A stretch of DNA of 64,000 nucleotides. Origin: Octopus vulgaris (lineage: Eukaryota). The position numbers and the translations under genes are program-made. The notes beneath the pieces are model-generated. The model had not been told where the DNA came from, searched no databases, and was given only the letters and a program-made list of their open reading frames with translations. This document shows positions 38,262-52,100 of the stretch, one piece after another. How positions within the stretch are numbered: the stretch's first letter is position 1; the number at the start of each line of letters is the position of its first letter. The stretch is taken from NCBI GenBank assembly GCA_951406725.2, contig OX597823.1:58156001-58220000 (forward strand), written 5' to 3'.

Positions 38262-39030
38262 ATAAAGGGTAAGTGAAAAGTAAGTAAGCAATAAAAATTG
38301 ATAATAAAATTCATATTCCTTTTACAAATTTATTGAAACAAATGTTACATGTTCTTTATTACATAGGAAAATGAAAGTAAATCTTCGTATTTCAACGTAA
38401 GCACCGGTGGGGTCAACCACTTCCCTCAAACGGCCAGGGATGGAATGAACAACCTTCTCGAGGACGTCGTCTGTGATATCATTGAGAATTTCTTGAATCT
38501 GTGTTTCCAAGTGCCCCAGTGTGCGAGGTTTTGTCTTGTACACATCCTCTTTTGTGTAACCTCACAGGTAAAAAAAATTCTCATAGAGTGAGATCTAGAT
38601 TTTTTTGAGTTCTGGACTTCTGGACTTCTGCGGTCATAGTCTTCAGGTTTTAGCTCCTGCACGTAATGGAGTTTTCACGGACGAAAATTCAATTCCTCAT
38701 GCAACACCGTACGTATTGTGTGTCTTGTTAGTCCACTTTCACGAACTGCTTGACATGTTGATCTTTGCAGGCTGCGATTAAACATTTCCTGCACTGTTGC
38801 CACGTTCTCCGCTGATCGGGATGCGGTTGGACGGCCACTTGTTGCAACGTTCACAGAGCCCGTGGTCATCAACTTTGCATGACAACTTACTGTCTCCGGA
38901 CGTAATGTTGCATGCTTTCCTTTTCATGCACGCCACCATCTCTGAACCAAAACAATGGAATTCCACACTTCATTGCGTGTTGCTATCTTAGCTTCCTCCT
39001 GAACCGTCAAGAGACCAGCCATCTGGAAAA
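38262..39030 (-). pseudogene. Tc1/mariner-superfamily transposase relic with internal deletion
   Basis: N-terminal TGSV....SGRP...RSAENVATV...R.ST....RESGL.R.TI..VL...LNF.P and VQELKPEDYDRR joined almost directly to C-terminal YKTKPRTL..LE..I...L..I...L..VV.SIP.RL..VV...GAYVE; catalytic middle missing. Confidence 0.75.
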
Positions 39031-39492
39031 TAAGAAATAACAAATAAAATAACAAGAAAATAAGAATTCCCCATTATTGTTGTTTGGTTAAAAAAATTTC
39101 CGTTATGATTTCAGTGATACTAAAAATTCTATAAACAATTTCGAATGTATGTGTGTGCGTACACATACACATCTGTAGATATGCATTATGAATGTGAGTC
39201 TACCATCACCACTGGGCACCCGATGTTGGTTTCTTTACGTCCCCGTAAGTTAGCGGTTCGGCAAAAACAATAGACAGAATAAGTCCCAAGCTTACAAAAT
39301 AGAAAACAAGGTATATGTTTGATTATTAGCGGGGTTTAAGAACCTCGGAGGCGGTGCTGCAGTCGACCAAGAGAAACCAGTAAAAACGAAATACGTACAT
39401 GCACATATACATACATACACGCACACACACACACACACACATATATACTATATGTGTATGTGTATATATATATATATATATATAATATATAT

Positions 39493-39577
<85 letters not shown>

Positions 39578-40127
39578 TGAAATCTTGAATTTACTTCACG
39601 GTTCCCTAGTACTACCTTTGCGGATCACCAGGGATCCGCAGACCTACGTGATACTACATATCATCAACAACTGCAAAACCACCACTGCCACCACGAATAA
39701 CAACTGCAACAACAGCAGTACATACATTTTCGCATCCTTACGTTAACTGACTAAATGCACCTACACACGATACCTATTCACACAAATGATGAAATACGGA
39801 GCTAGTTCTTTGACACAGAATATACATGCAGAGTTAAAGTCGAGGCAAATAGTCAACACTCGCATTTAGAAGATTAGTAGCCCGATGATACACGGAAAAT
39901 TCCAGCAAGCTTCTTACTCCTACAAAATCTTGAATCTCGTGACATAGAAAAGTTGTTTCAAGCGATTTGATTAATTACTCTTTGGGGAATTGACGAACTT
40001 TAAACGATTCTCTAAGGTAAAAACTATTGTGAAACATTTCTTCTATTGATATTCGATTATGAAATTCATGCATTCTACGTTTCCTCTCTTCTCACGTGAA
40101 TTCTGTAATTAAACAGTGAAGAATATT

Positions 40128-40189
<62 letters not shown>

Positions 40190-40195
40190 TATCAT

Positions 40196-40245
<50 letters not shown>

Positions 40246-40750
40246 TTACTTTTATTATTGCTGTTATTGATTTTGTTGTTGTTACTGTAGTTGTCGTTGG
40301 TGGTGGTGGTGGTGGTGGTGGTGGTGGTGGTGGAGGTGTTGGTCATGGAGATGTTGGTCGTGGTGGTGTTGGTTGTGGTGGTGGTGGTGGAGGTGTTGGT
40401 CATGGAGATGTTGGTCGTGGTGGTGTTGGTTGTGGTGGTGGTGGTGGTGGTGGTAGCTGTTCGTATTCTTGAAAGCAGTAGTGGAGAAAGTATTCAAAGT
40501 CTTTTGGCTTGTTCCTGATGAAATCGTCTAACATGTGCAGTCTCTCCAGTGCAATTTAATAAGCGACGAAGCTAAATGTAGGTAGGAGATAAAAAAAATA
40601 CGTGGACACACATTCAAACAAACGCTTAAACACCTATACACTTACGTAGCCACATGCACATATGTACATCTATATATATATACTTGTGTCTGTGCCTGTA
40701 TATGTATATACATGATTATACATACATACATACATACATACATACATACA

Positions 40751-40786
<36 letters not shown>

Positions 40787-40979
40787 CACACACATTCATA
40801 TATACAAACGCAAAGAAAGACTGAGAGAAAGAGTGGTGCATATGCTTGTAAGAATGTATGTATGCGTGTGTATTTACAAATATATACATATATATACATA
40901 CATACATACATACATACACACACACATATATATACATATACATATTCATACATACAAACACACACAATCACACACACAC

Positions 40980-41067
<88 letters not shown>

Positions 41068-42069
41068 GTATACATATTCATACATACAAACACACACAAT
41101 CACACACACACATATGTGTAGATATATATATATACATTTATTTATATATAGTAATCTGGACACATCTACACAGACACATATATGTGTGGGGTTGTATACT
41201 TATGCATATATATATATGGATATCCTTGCATACATATTCACTCCTACAACCACATATGTGTGTGTATGTGTGTCCATGCTTGTATGCGTCACTGTGTGTG
41301 TGTTTGTATCTTTTATTTATTCAATCAGTAGTGTGCATCAAATAGTAGCTAATTTGGCAGAGAATAATTCTTAAGCAGCATATTCAATGTTGTAATACGG
41401 AATGCGAAAACAAAGCCAATAAAAAAAATAAGAAATGAGAAAAATACAACAAAAAAAGGCAATAATACAAAACACTAAGCTAAGTTTCCGAAATCTGTAT
41501 TTTGCTCTTGTTTTGATCGCTTAACTGATTTAGAGTGCATATCAGTGGAGAAATCCATAACTATGGAATTATGAAGCAGCTGTTCGTTAAGAGATAAGCA
41601 AAGGAGAGGATTGCACAGCAGGGGAAAGAATGTAACGACCATCATATTAATTCGTCACCTTCTTTGTACATTTCGTTACATCGCTGTCTCCATATTACGT
41701 TATCGGTAATTCATCTTCGATAACATTCAGTGTGATACTCGAAATTAGTGGTTATGTATGTAAGTATATATATATATGGATGTATGCATGTATGCATGAG
41801 TGTATGTGTAAGTGTGTGTGTGTGTGTAAGGGGGGATGTCAGTGAGTGTGTGTATATATGTAGTCTAGATTTGTGTAGCTATGTGTGTACGAATGGATGT
41901 ACGTGCATGTGTCTGCTTGTGTGTGAATACCTGAATATTTGTGAGTATCTGGATAAGTCTATGCGTTTAAGTGTGTACGTGGAGCTGTGTGTGTATGCGT
42001 CTACATATGTGTGAGCGTGCCTGAGGTTATGTTCTTGTTAATGAGTGTGTGTGCGAGTGGGTCTGGATA

Positions 42070-42114
<45 letters not shown>

Positions 42115-42187
42115 TATACATATACATACATACACACACACAGACACACATACATATACATACATACACACACACACAGACACACAT

Positions 42188-42249
<62 letters not shown>

Positions 42250-42250
42250 T

Positions 42251-42505
42251 GTGAATACGCGTGGCTTAGTGGTTAGGACATTCGGTTCACGATCGTAAGG
42301 TCGTGAGCTCAATTCCTGGCGAAGTGTTGTGTCCTTGAGCAAGACACTTCATTTCACGTTGCTCCAGTCCACTCAGCTGACAAAAATGAGAAGGACCTGT
42401 ATTTGAAAGAGCCAGCCTTGTCACAGTATGTGTGTAATGCTGAATCTCCTTGAAAAAAACTAGGTTAAGTGCTAAGGCACTTGCACGTCAGTTTCACGAG
42501 CAAGC
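42251..42505 (+). mobile_element. SINE family C, tail type 1 (partial)
   Basis: cgcgtggcttagtggttagg...gtgtccttgagcaagacacttcatttcacgttgctccagtccactcagctg. Confidence 0.85.
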
Positions 42506-42794
42506 AGTGGTTGAATGATTTAATATGTTTGTTGTTTGTGCGTTTATGCTTGCATGTTGGATCTCTATCGTTATACGATGAGGATTTAGTAAGAGGTTAA
42601 GTATTCCAATGACATGAGTACCCTTATGGTAATTCTCAGTCAGAATCAATGTGACAGAGCGTGACATGGCTGTACCTCTTGAATAAGAAGCAGCCCCACC
42701 TCCATTCGACTATCGTCTATACACATTCCGTGAACAGAATTTTCTTAGAAGCTAAGGGTCGATGGAGGCTGTAAAAAGGAAATAGATTTGCCCG

Positions 42795-44200
42795 AGATTT
42801 TCACACAGTGGTATTGTATCTGAACCCATTTTGTATTGCAGCGAATATCAAGCGATTTCTTGGAAAAAGTATGGCGAAATGGAGGACGGAACTCACAGCA
42901 AATGGAAGACGTTTAGGGACTATAGAAATGAAGAGAGGCATCTTCAAACGAAAACAAATGACAGAAAAATTCAAGGTGAAGTTCTTGCGCAGATTGAGAC
43001 TGATCTTTAAGTCGAAATTAAACGGACGGAATAAGACTGAAGCTATCAACACCTGGGCGGTTTCACTCCTTAGGTCTGGAGCAGGGATAATCGCATGAAC
43101 AGTAGACGAACTAAACAACTTGGACAGAAAGATAAGAAAGTTTCTGACTCGATATGAGATACTCCACCCAAAAGTGACACAGACAGACTATATGTACCAA
43201 GAAAAAGGGGGTGAAGAGAACTTATTGGAAGCGAACACAGCATTAGAGCAGAAGAAAACAACATAGCATAGTGCGTAAAAAATGACACGGAACCGCTATT
43301 ATTAGAAGTAAGGTCAGGCTTGTGTAGGATGTAAGTTTACAAAGATAAAGCACTGTACAAGCACTTGAGAATGAATGAAATAGAAAATGGGTGGATAAAC
43401 AAAAGAATGCATGGACAATTTCATAGAAGCGTTGACAATAAGACAGACGGAAAAAAGATGGCTATGGATGACTACAAGTGATTTAAAATCGGAAACAGAG
43501 GATCCAATCTGTGCTGCTCAAGAGCAAGCATTAAGAACCAATTATATAAAATACAGATAAGACAACACATCAGAAATTGATAAGTGAAACCGTTTGGAAT
43601 ATTACCAGTCAATGTACGCCACTAGCCCAGAAAGAATATAAGAGACGTCATGACAATGTAGCAAGGATTGTCCATTGGGCACTTTGCAGTAAGTATGGAC
43701 TTGACAGAGCAAAGAAGTAGTACGAACATAAACCCGAAGGTATAATCGAAAATGGTAATGCAAATAGATTTTATGATTCAGTATGACCATGAGATAGAGA
43801 ATATGAAACTAGACATAGTGTTAATTGAGAAAGAAATCAAACGAAGCTGGATGTCATAGATATGGTATGCCCAGCTGACAACAATGTATGCGATAAGAAG
43901 AAAGAAATGTCAATAGGTATGATAGGTTAAATTAGGAGGTTAAGCAGTTGTGGTAGATAAAAAGGTGGTAGCAGTACCGATAATTGGCAGAGCCCTGGGA
44001 ACAGGGAGTAAAAATCTTGAGAAGTACATGGGACAAATAGGGACTGCTATAAGGATGAAGCACTTGCAGAAAACAGCACTTCTTGGAACCGTTCGAATGC
44101 TCTGGATGGTGCTCGAAAAATAAGGTGCTTTACGTTAGTTAATTGGTAGTGAACAGTTGACACCGTAGTACATCTCCAGCGTTATAAGCTGTGAAAAGGC
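42795..44200 (+). mobile_element. R4/Dong-type RLE LINE, second subfamily, degenerate, RT core deleted
   Basis: SMAKWRTEL...MKRGIF fused to KSKLNGRNKTEAINTWAVS; HPKSDTDRLYVPRKRG; MHGQFHR; AAQEQALRTNY; EYKRRHDNVARIVHW; LQKTALLGT; ends in (AAT)n. Confidence 0.85.
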
Positions 44201-44205
44201 AATAA

Positions 44206-44237
<32 letters not shown>

Positions 44238-44239
44238 TG

Positions 44240-44311
<72 letters not shown>

Positions 44312-44320
44312 TAATAATAA

Positions 44321-45386
44321 AAAATTTGCTATTGATCTCGTGCAGGATACCCAAACTGAACGACCCGAGGGAAGTACGGCAACTATTGTTGCAAAGAAGG
44401 TGAAAATGATGGCAATGAAGAAAGCGCACGAGCAATTGGCTGATAGGTGGGAGGAGAAACCTCTGCACGGCAAATATGTGACCCGCAGCAAACAAGCTGA
44501 TGTTGACCAGAAGCAAACCCATCAGTGGCTACGGAGCTCAGGGCTAAAAGCAGAGAGCGAAGGTTTCATCCTGGCTGCTCAAGATCAAAGCCTATTAACC
44601 CGGAACTACCAGGCCAATGTGATGAAAAATGGAGCAGACCCAAAATGCCGATTCTGCAACGACATGATTGAAACAGTGGACCACCTAATCTCTGGATGTA
44701 AAGTTTTAGCTCCAGTGGAGTATAAATTAAGACATGACAGAGTTGGCCAATATCTCCACTGGCTAATAAGTCGGCATTACAATATCAAAACTGCCGACAA
44801 GTGGTATAATCACCACCCTGAGGCTGTAACTGAAGGAGAAAATGTAACCATTCTGTGGGACTTTCCAGTACATACAGACCGAACCATCAAGGCCAATAAA
44901 CCAGATATTGTTGTGAAAGACCAAAACAATAAAGTTTGCTTATTGATCGACATGAGCATCCCCTGTGATCATAATATCTCAGCGAAAGAGTTTGACAAGC
45001 TCAGAAAATATAAAGACCTACTCATTGAAATTGAGAAAATGTGGCATCTCAAGGCGGTTACAATACCAGTGATCGTAGGAGCACTAGGAATGATCAAGAA
45101 GGGAACCGAAAATTATATGAGAATGATCCCTGGCTTACCATCCCTGCAAGAAGTGCAAAAGATTGTCTTAACTGGTACATCACACGTATTGAGAAGAGCA
45201 TTGTCGATGTGAGAACTGTTGCTGCTCATGTATTTTAATTTAACTTTAAAAAAAAAAAAAAAAATGAACGAACTACTAAGTTTGGTTTAATGGCCTACCA
45301 ATGTATGCTATGAGTTTCTTTGCCCTAGGAGTCGGTAAGACACTCGGCAAGAAATGGAAGCAAATTTGAAAGAAGAAAAAAAGAAG
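44321..45386 (+). mobile_element. R4/Dong-type RLE LINE, 5'-truncated, between (AAT)n tracts
   Basis: Open frame plus about 175-bp 3' UTR; (AAT)n at 44201-44320 and 45387-45503. Confidence 0.9.
44340..45212 (+). CDS. C-terminal part of a non-LTR retrotransposon protein: CCHC zinc knuckle plus restriction-like endonuclease (no true start codon, 5'-truncated)
   Basis: KPLHGKY, ILAAQDQSL.TRNY, CRFC....ETVDHLISGC, RHD, KPDIV...LIDMSIP...K..KY, IPVIVGALG; 290 codons without a stop. Confidence 0.9.
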   Translation: MQDTQTERPEGSTATIVAKKVKMMAMKKAHEQLADRWEEKPLHGKYVTRSKQADVDQKQTHQWLRSSGLKAESEGFILAAQDQSLLTRNYQANVMKNGADPKCRFCNDMIETVDHLISGCKVLAPVEYKLRHDRVGQYLHWLISRHYNIKTADKWYNHHPEAVTEGENVTILWDFPVHTDRTIKANKPDIVVKDQNNKVCLLIDMSIPCDHNISAKEFDKLRKYKDLLIEIEKMWHLKAVTIPVIVGALGMIKKGTENYMRMIPGLPSLQEVQKIVLTGTSHVLRRALSM

Positions 45387-45415
45387 TAATAATAATAATA
45401 ATAATAACAATAACA

Positions 45416-45503
<88 letters not shown>

Positions 45504-45504
<1 letters not shown>

Positions 45505-46272
45505 CTCATTTATTTGCCACAAGGGCGAAGGATGAGCGAGATAATACAGAGACAGACATAAAGTGTGGCGGGGTTATATATAATAATGAAATGATAAAAA
45601 ATAACTTTAAGTATACATGGTATACACTGAAAAAGAAGGGACATATGCATAGCATAAAAAGATTTTTTTTAAATGGCGGAGAGAATGATAGAGATGTGAA
45701 CCTCCTGATACAGAAAGGCCTCTAGGGATAATCGAGGAACCCCACTGCTCGACATTTCTCTGAAACCCTAGGAGCAAGTGCCCTCTCCAATTCCTTCTTT
45801 CCGACTCATAGGTCTACACTGAGAGAGGTACCATCCACTCTTGCCATTTTCGCAACTTTCACACACCTTTCAGTAAACTAACTCGAGGACATCACTTCCC
45901 TCTCCACTCTTAATTTCCTTTTCAAGTGAAACTGGAAAAAGTCGATGAGACAAAATACATCTGCCCTCATGCCTTTCAGCCTTGTCCACCAAACAACATC
46001 ATTCGCCACAGCCACCAGGCAAAGGAAAACTGCCTTGCCTGCTCGATAAAAGGAGTGCGGCGGTGCGATCATCCCTACACGCTCGACTGACAGACGGATC
46101 CGTCCCACACGTGACAGCAGCTGTTCAACAAAGCCCCACAAGTCAGCAATTCCCGGACATTGAACGAGTACTTGCAGAATGGTTTCGTCACTCTGCGCGC
46201 TCCTCTGACATCCGTGCCTGTCCCGAACCGGTAGCGCCCCACCCCCGTAGCACTGCCAAGCCAAGGATATCT
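45504..46272 (-). mobile_element. Tx1/L1-type LINE 3' end (ORF2 zinc-finger region plus 3' UTR)
   Basis: LAWQCY.GALPVRDR..C......ETI..VLVQCP....LW..V ... VVWWTR resembles the zf-RVT end of Tx1/L1 ORF2; minus strand ends cccttgtggcaaataaatgag(ATT)n. Confidence 0.75.
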
Positions 46273-46812
46273 GAATAACAATAATAATATTAATAGTTCA
46301 CACGAATTCCGTAAACACTTCACAGTAATGTACGAGTCAAGTACTGTAATTATTCTAATCTGTTATATTTTTCCTTTACTCACATAACATACGTCGCGCG
46401 CACAACACACACAAATACACTCACATTCTCTCTCTCTGTCTCCCAGAGATTTGGGGCCATGTGCTATGTAAGAAATCAATTATGTTGGTAGTTACATGTT
46501 TGTACATGAAAACAAATGTTAGCATGTTTGTGTGTACACATGCACATTGCATATGCGTACGCACACGCAGACGTGCGTACAAAACGCAGTCAGACACACA
46601 CACACATACACACACATATATATATATGCACAGTTACACATGTGCACACTAATTCGCAGTCACTAATTACTTCCTGAGTCATTATTAGAGATGTAGTTTG
46701 AACTGTATGTGACCTGAATATTCGCTCGTCAGAGTTAATGCTAGTTTTAATGAGTGAACGAGTGTCTTACGAAGACAAAAAAAATATAATAAAACAGGAT
46801 AAAATAAATACA

Positions 46813-47401
<589 letters not shown>

Positions 47402-47828
47402 ACAAATTAAAAACAAAATGGTGCTCATGGCCAAGACGATTATATTGAAAACAGTTTCAACAACAATAAGATTAAAACTCACAACAGCAACAACAACAAT
47501 AGAAAACAATAACATTAACAACGATGACTCTTGTGCTATCTTTTGGCTGTTTCAACGAGTATGTTGTTTGACGTCCTACAATTTGAAATGCTAAATGATC
47601 GATGCTTTTTCCGAGAAACAGTGGAAGCATACTCATTCACACACACACACACAAGATATTCACCAAGCCCTTCACGTTGAGGTCGAAAATTAATTTAAAT
47701 AAATAAGTAAATTAATGAATGTATTGCAATGCTTGATCTAAATAACGTTGCTTTGTTTTTCTTTTTTTTTCTGTTTATCTTTTTTTAAAATTGTGAAAAT
47801 TAAGGCGGATTGGGATGGGGTTGGGCGA

Positions 47829-48037
47829 AGGAGGAGGAGAAGGAGAAGAAGAAGAAGAAGAAGAAGAAGAAGAAGAAGAAGAAGACAAAGAAGAAGACAA
47901 AGAAGAAAAAGAAGAAGAAGACAAAGAAGAAAAAGAAGAAGAAGACAAAGAAGAAGACAAAGAAGAAGAAGAAGAAGAAGAAGAAGAAGAAGAAGAAGAA
48001 GAAGAAGAAGAAGAAGAAGAAGAAGAAGAAGAAGAAG

Positions 48038-48067
<30 letters not shown>
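47829..48067. repeat. (GAA)n polypurine tract
   Basis: Direct reading; explains the poly-E/K/R ORFs. Confidence 0.95.
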
Positions 48068-48068
<1 letters not shown>

Positions 48069-48990
48069 GACTGAGGCCATGACCTTTTTTGCGAGCTAAA
48101 ACTAGTAAGGTTAATGTGGATGTGTATGCCTTGAACATTAATAAGTCTTTTGAGGAAACAAAAAGTCAAATGGGTGATATTTTGAACCGAGTCTAAAAGG
48201 AATTCTAGAGAGCTAGACCTCCTTTAGAGAAATCAGTGGGTGATGTGTTTAGCGTAAAATCTATGAATGAAGTAGTTAAGAGGATAACAAATCGACCCGG
48301 TATTGCGTATCATTTTGTGATAGCAAGAAAAGAGATGGGTTGACTGGATGTTGAAGGAAAGGGTATGAAGATAACTAGTTTACAGGAACAGCGACTATTG
48401 TAGTAAAGATAGAGATGGAACAAGTGAACATGGATGAGGAGTATGAATAGAGTTTGTTCAGAAGAGATAGAAGTGAAGAGAGCAGAATTTAAAGCAGTGG
48501 CTATTATAGTAATGATGGGTAAAAGTAGATGGATAGGCATAATTGAAGGGAGTATGATAATAAGCAGTTCAGAAGGATTGAAACAGTTGAAGAAACTATG
48601 GAAGAGATATAAGGAGTGGACATAGTGGAAGCACTCGGAGTTAGTTTACAAGGAAAGAGAATGTTCTAGCAGCGATAATAGGGGAAATAGTCCGTTAGTG
48701 TGTTAATAGCTGTAGCGTTTTAGGGATTAAATATTTATGAGTCATATATTTTTTTCTTTTCTGTCTAGAATGTGATCTCGGGTGATTGTGTGTAGAATAG
48801 TATTTAACTGCTATTTCTAAATTTCTGTATGTGATGAAGCAATTTTGCTGAACCCTAATTATAATTATACTTATAATTATAGAATTTTTGTATAAGGTTA
48901 CCGATGATGGTTCTTTTAAACATAACGAACTACTTGGTAAAATTATTAATTATTAGTTATTAATTAATTGTACCACTTATTATTATTGAC

Positions 48991-49023
<33 letters not shown>

Positions 49024-49084
49024 CCACTTATTATTATTGATATATATATATATGTATGTATGTATCTATATATATCCATTATTT

Positions 49085-49290
49085 TTGTTTGTTCCCTTCC
49101 ACAGCTAGACAAACGGTGTCGGTTTGTTTACGTCCCAGTAACATAGTGGTTCGGCACAACGAATTCGTTAGAAAAAGTTCTAGGCTTAAAAACGAAAACA
49201 AGTAACCGAGTCGATTCAATTTGATTAAAAGTCTTTAAGGCGGTACACCAGCTTCACCGTAATCTCATGACTGAAACAAATAAAACCATA
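49085..49290 (+). mobile_element. SINE family B, degenerate 3' half
   Basis: gtttacgtccc...ggttcggca...aaggcggtacaccagc...tgactgaaacaaataaaa. Confidence 0.7.
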
Positions 49291-49465
49291 AGGGAATAAA
49301 GAACTGCGGAAACTAAACTGGCAGTCATATACTCGGATACAATTTAAAATAAGTGTCATTCGAATAGTGGTGTTTCGTTTAGTCAAATTCATCTCTTCCT
49401 CATACTAGTGAAGTGTGGTTGTAAGGACAAACTAAAGAATTTCTTATCGATGGTATGCAGCGGTT

Positions 49466-49681
49466 CTCTTTTACTTGTTTCAGTCATTTGAATGCGGTCA
49501 TTCTGGAGCACCGCCTTTAGTCGAGCAAATCGACTCCAGGACTTATTCTTCGTAAGCCTTGTACTTATTCTATCGGTGTATTTTGCCGAACCGCTAAGTT
49601 ATGGGAACGTAAACACACCAGCATCGGTTGTCAAGCGATGTTGGGTGGACGAACACAGACACACAAACACACACATACAAG

Positions 49682-49739
<58 letters not shown>

Positions 49740-49919
49740 CATACATACATATTTACGACGGGCTTCTTTCAGTTTCCGTCTACCAAATCCACCCACAAGG
49801 CTTTGGTCGGCCCGAGAGTATAGTAGAAGACACTTGCCCAAGGTGCCACGCAGTAGGACTGAATCCGGAAACATGTGGTTCGTAAGCAAGCTACTTACCA
49901 CACAGCCACTCCAGCACCT
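49466..49919 (-). mobile_element. SINE family B, full-length
   Basis: Reverse complement of 12471-12876 with a longer internal (TA)n. Confidence 0.9.
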
Positions 49920-50992
49920 AAAATTTTTTGTAACACCATTTTTAAGTATTTGTTATGCCTAGCACCAATCTCAGTGGGGAGTGTCATATCACAACTAAAC
50001 TAACTTAACATGGATGGTAATTTATAAGCTTTACTCTAAAATTAGATTGTATAAGCGTTTGACAGTGAAATTATAAGAGATTAATAAATACAAACGTATA
50101 TACTTTATTCAATGCAAGAGATCTAATTTTATTTTAATAATCATATCTAGTTTTACCATGTATTATTTCTACAATAGGTAAAATTTAGAATTTTAATTAT
50201 GTTACCTTACTCCACGAAAGCCTAATGACTCCTTCGACATGCCTAGCGATCCTCTGGGGGCGGTACCGCCCACGTTGAAAAGCTCAAGTATTGTGGAACA
50301 TTATGCTCTAGTATTATAGAACAATATCAGTTAAATACTAGGGAAGATTTAAACGACTTTATTATATATGTGTACGTGGCGTACTGCCGATGACGGAAGC
50401 CAACATGGCGAAAAGCAAATCAAGAGACAATTGAATAGAAAAGACGAACTGATTGAGTTTAGCATTAGAGCTGAAACATGATATCTTCTGTTCACCTGTC
50501 AGTAAGCATACAAGATTAAGTCACAGCTTTGTTTCCCCGAAAGAATCTAACATGAGTTTTGTGAAGTGTGAAAACGAACATCACACTAAAAGTTATACAC
50601 TTGAGAAAAGGCACAGTCACAAGCGAGAGAACATATTTAACAGAATCTAATATAATATAATATAATCAGATTTTTTTCTTCTCCATTTCTGTTTATTTAT
50701 TATATTTATTTTATTTATTACGTATTTATAGATGATCGGGGCGGCATAACAGAGCATGCAGGCATTGTATTGATTCATACATATAAGCACGCACGCGCTC
50801 ACGTACAGACACACTTCATATGTATGTGTGTAGGGGAACTGTGGTTGTATGGTTAAAAAATTCGCTTCACAATGACCAGGTTCCAGTTTCAATACCATTG
50901 CCCGGTAGTTTGGCCAAATGTCATTTTTCCAAGCCATGAGTTGACACATATATCGTGAATAAAATTCGGTAGACGAAAACTGCTGAGAAACT

Positions 50993-51223
50993 CATCGATT
51001 TCGTATGGAAGAAGATGTGAAGGAAGCGGTACATAAATGGTTACACAACCAACAGAAAACCTTCTTCTTGGAGGGAATACGCAAGCTTGTGGACCGCTAG
51101 ACCAAGTGCATCGAGAAGGAAGGAGACTATATTGAAAAATGACTTATCTCTTTATCCCCTGCTTTTGTGTAAATACATGGAAAAATAACAAACAAAAGTG
51201 CGTATGATTTTTACTCTTCCTCC
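50993..51223 (+). pseudogene. mariner transposase C-terminal fragment and 3' terminal region
   Basis: HRFRMEEDVKEAVHKWLHNQQKTFFLEGIRKLVDR*TKCIEKEGDYIEK*, the classical mariner C-terminus. Confidence 0.85.
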
Positions 51224-51394
51224 TCTGTGAGTGTATATATATATATATATATATATAATTATGAGTTAGAGATTATGTAACCGTCTAAGGGATAACTGTA
51301 TCCGTAGGCACTACTGATGTATTACCTAACTATGTATAAGTCTTGCTGCAAGGTTAACAGTGGTTGGTAATTTAAAGGGTAGACCGTAGTTTAA

Positions 51395-52032
51395 TATATT
51401 CAGTTAAGAGAAGAAATGGAGCAACATGTAACGATTAGAAGTTGATCTTTAATGAATGATTATAGTTTAATTATCGTTAATATAACATTTACAGCTGTTT
51501 CAGTTTGTTATTTTTTTAAGTAAACTTGCATTTATCTCGTTCCATGTAACAAACATTATCAGGGACTTATCTAGCGGACTCAGATAACACGTTATTTGTT
51601 ACGATTAATGATACTGGGTATAACTACCAGGTATAACTCTTTCGACTAACATCGCCGGTCAACTGCTCATTTCCCCCACTTACTGCTCCATTCATCTACA
51701 TGAAGCAACTGTACGCACACGTGCCATCTCCTAAGGACGCAAATATGTGAGCCTAAAGATCTAACGAACTTTTCCCAATATTTTATTTTTATTTTCCTTT
51801 CCTTTTTTCCTTTCTTCTCCTGTCAATATTCCTCTGGTAAAATTCAAATCATTCTGATGATTTGAATTTTATTACATGGAACGAGCTAAACGCAAGTTTA
51901 CCTCAAGAATAACAAGCTGGAACAGCTTTAAGTGTTAGCTTAAACATAATTGAACTATGATCATTCAATACTAATGACCAACTTCTAATTGTTAAATTTT
52001 GCGCCATTCCGTCCCTTCTCTTATTTGAATAT
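51395..52032. mobile_element. Inverted-repeat module with a degenerate HHR in each arm
   Basis: 51395-51562 pairs with 51854-52032. Left arm (minus): CTGATAA-tgtttgtta...taacaaact-GAAAC(AGCT)GTA-aatg. Right arm (plus): catt-CTGATGA...GGAAC(AGCT)TTA-agtg. Confidence 0.7.
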
Positions 52033-52034
52033 AC

Positions 52035-52100
<66 letters not shown>

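Noticed and set aside
40282-40455. Gly-, Val- or His-rich ORFs with a 57-bp duplication
   Set aside because: Derived from a (GGT)n microsatellite with one local duplication; no splice or domain support.
48895-48945. CCGATGA...GAAC motif after a purine-skewed 48180-48850 segment
   Set aside because: Core and helices too degenerate; I could not assign a Penelope protein to the adjacent segment.
50210-50290. hAT-like subterminal GC motif (similar text at 39595-39648)
   Set aside because: Partner terminus and TSD not found, so no element boundaries can be supported.
50387-50413. CCGATGA...GCC/GGC-GAAA hammerhead-like text
   Set aside because: No helix III/UH or helix I; likely chance.
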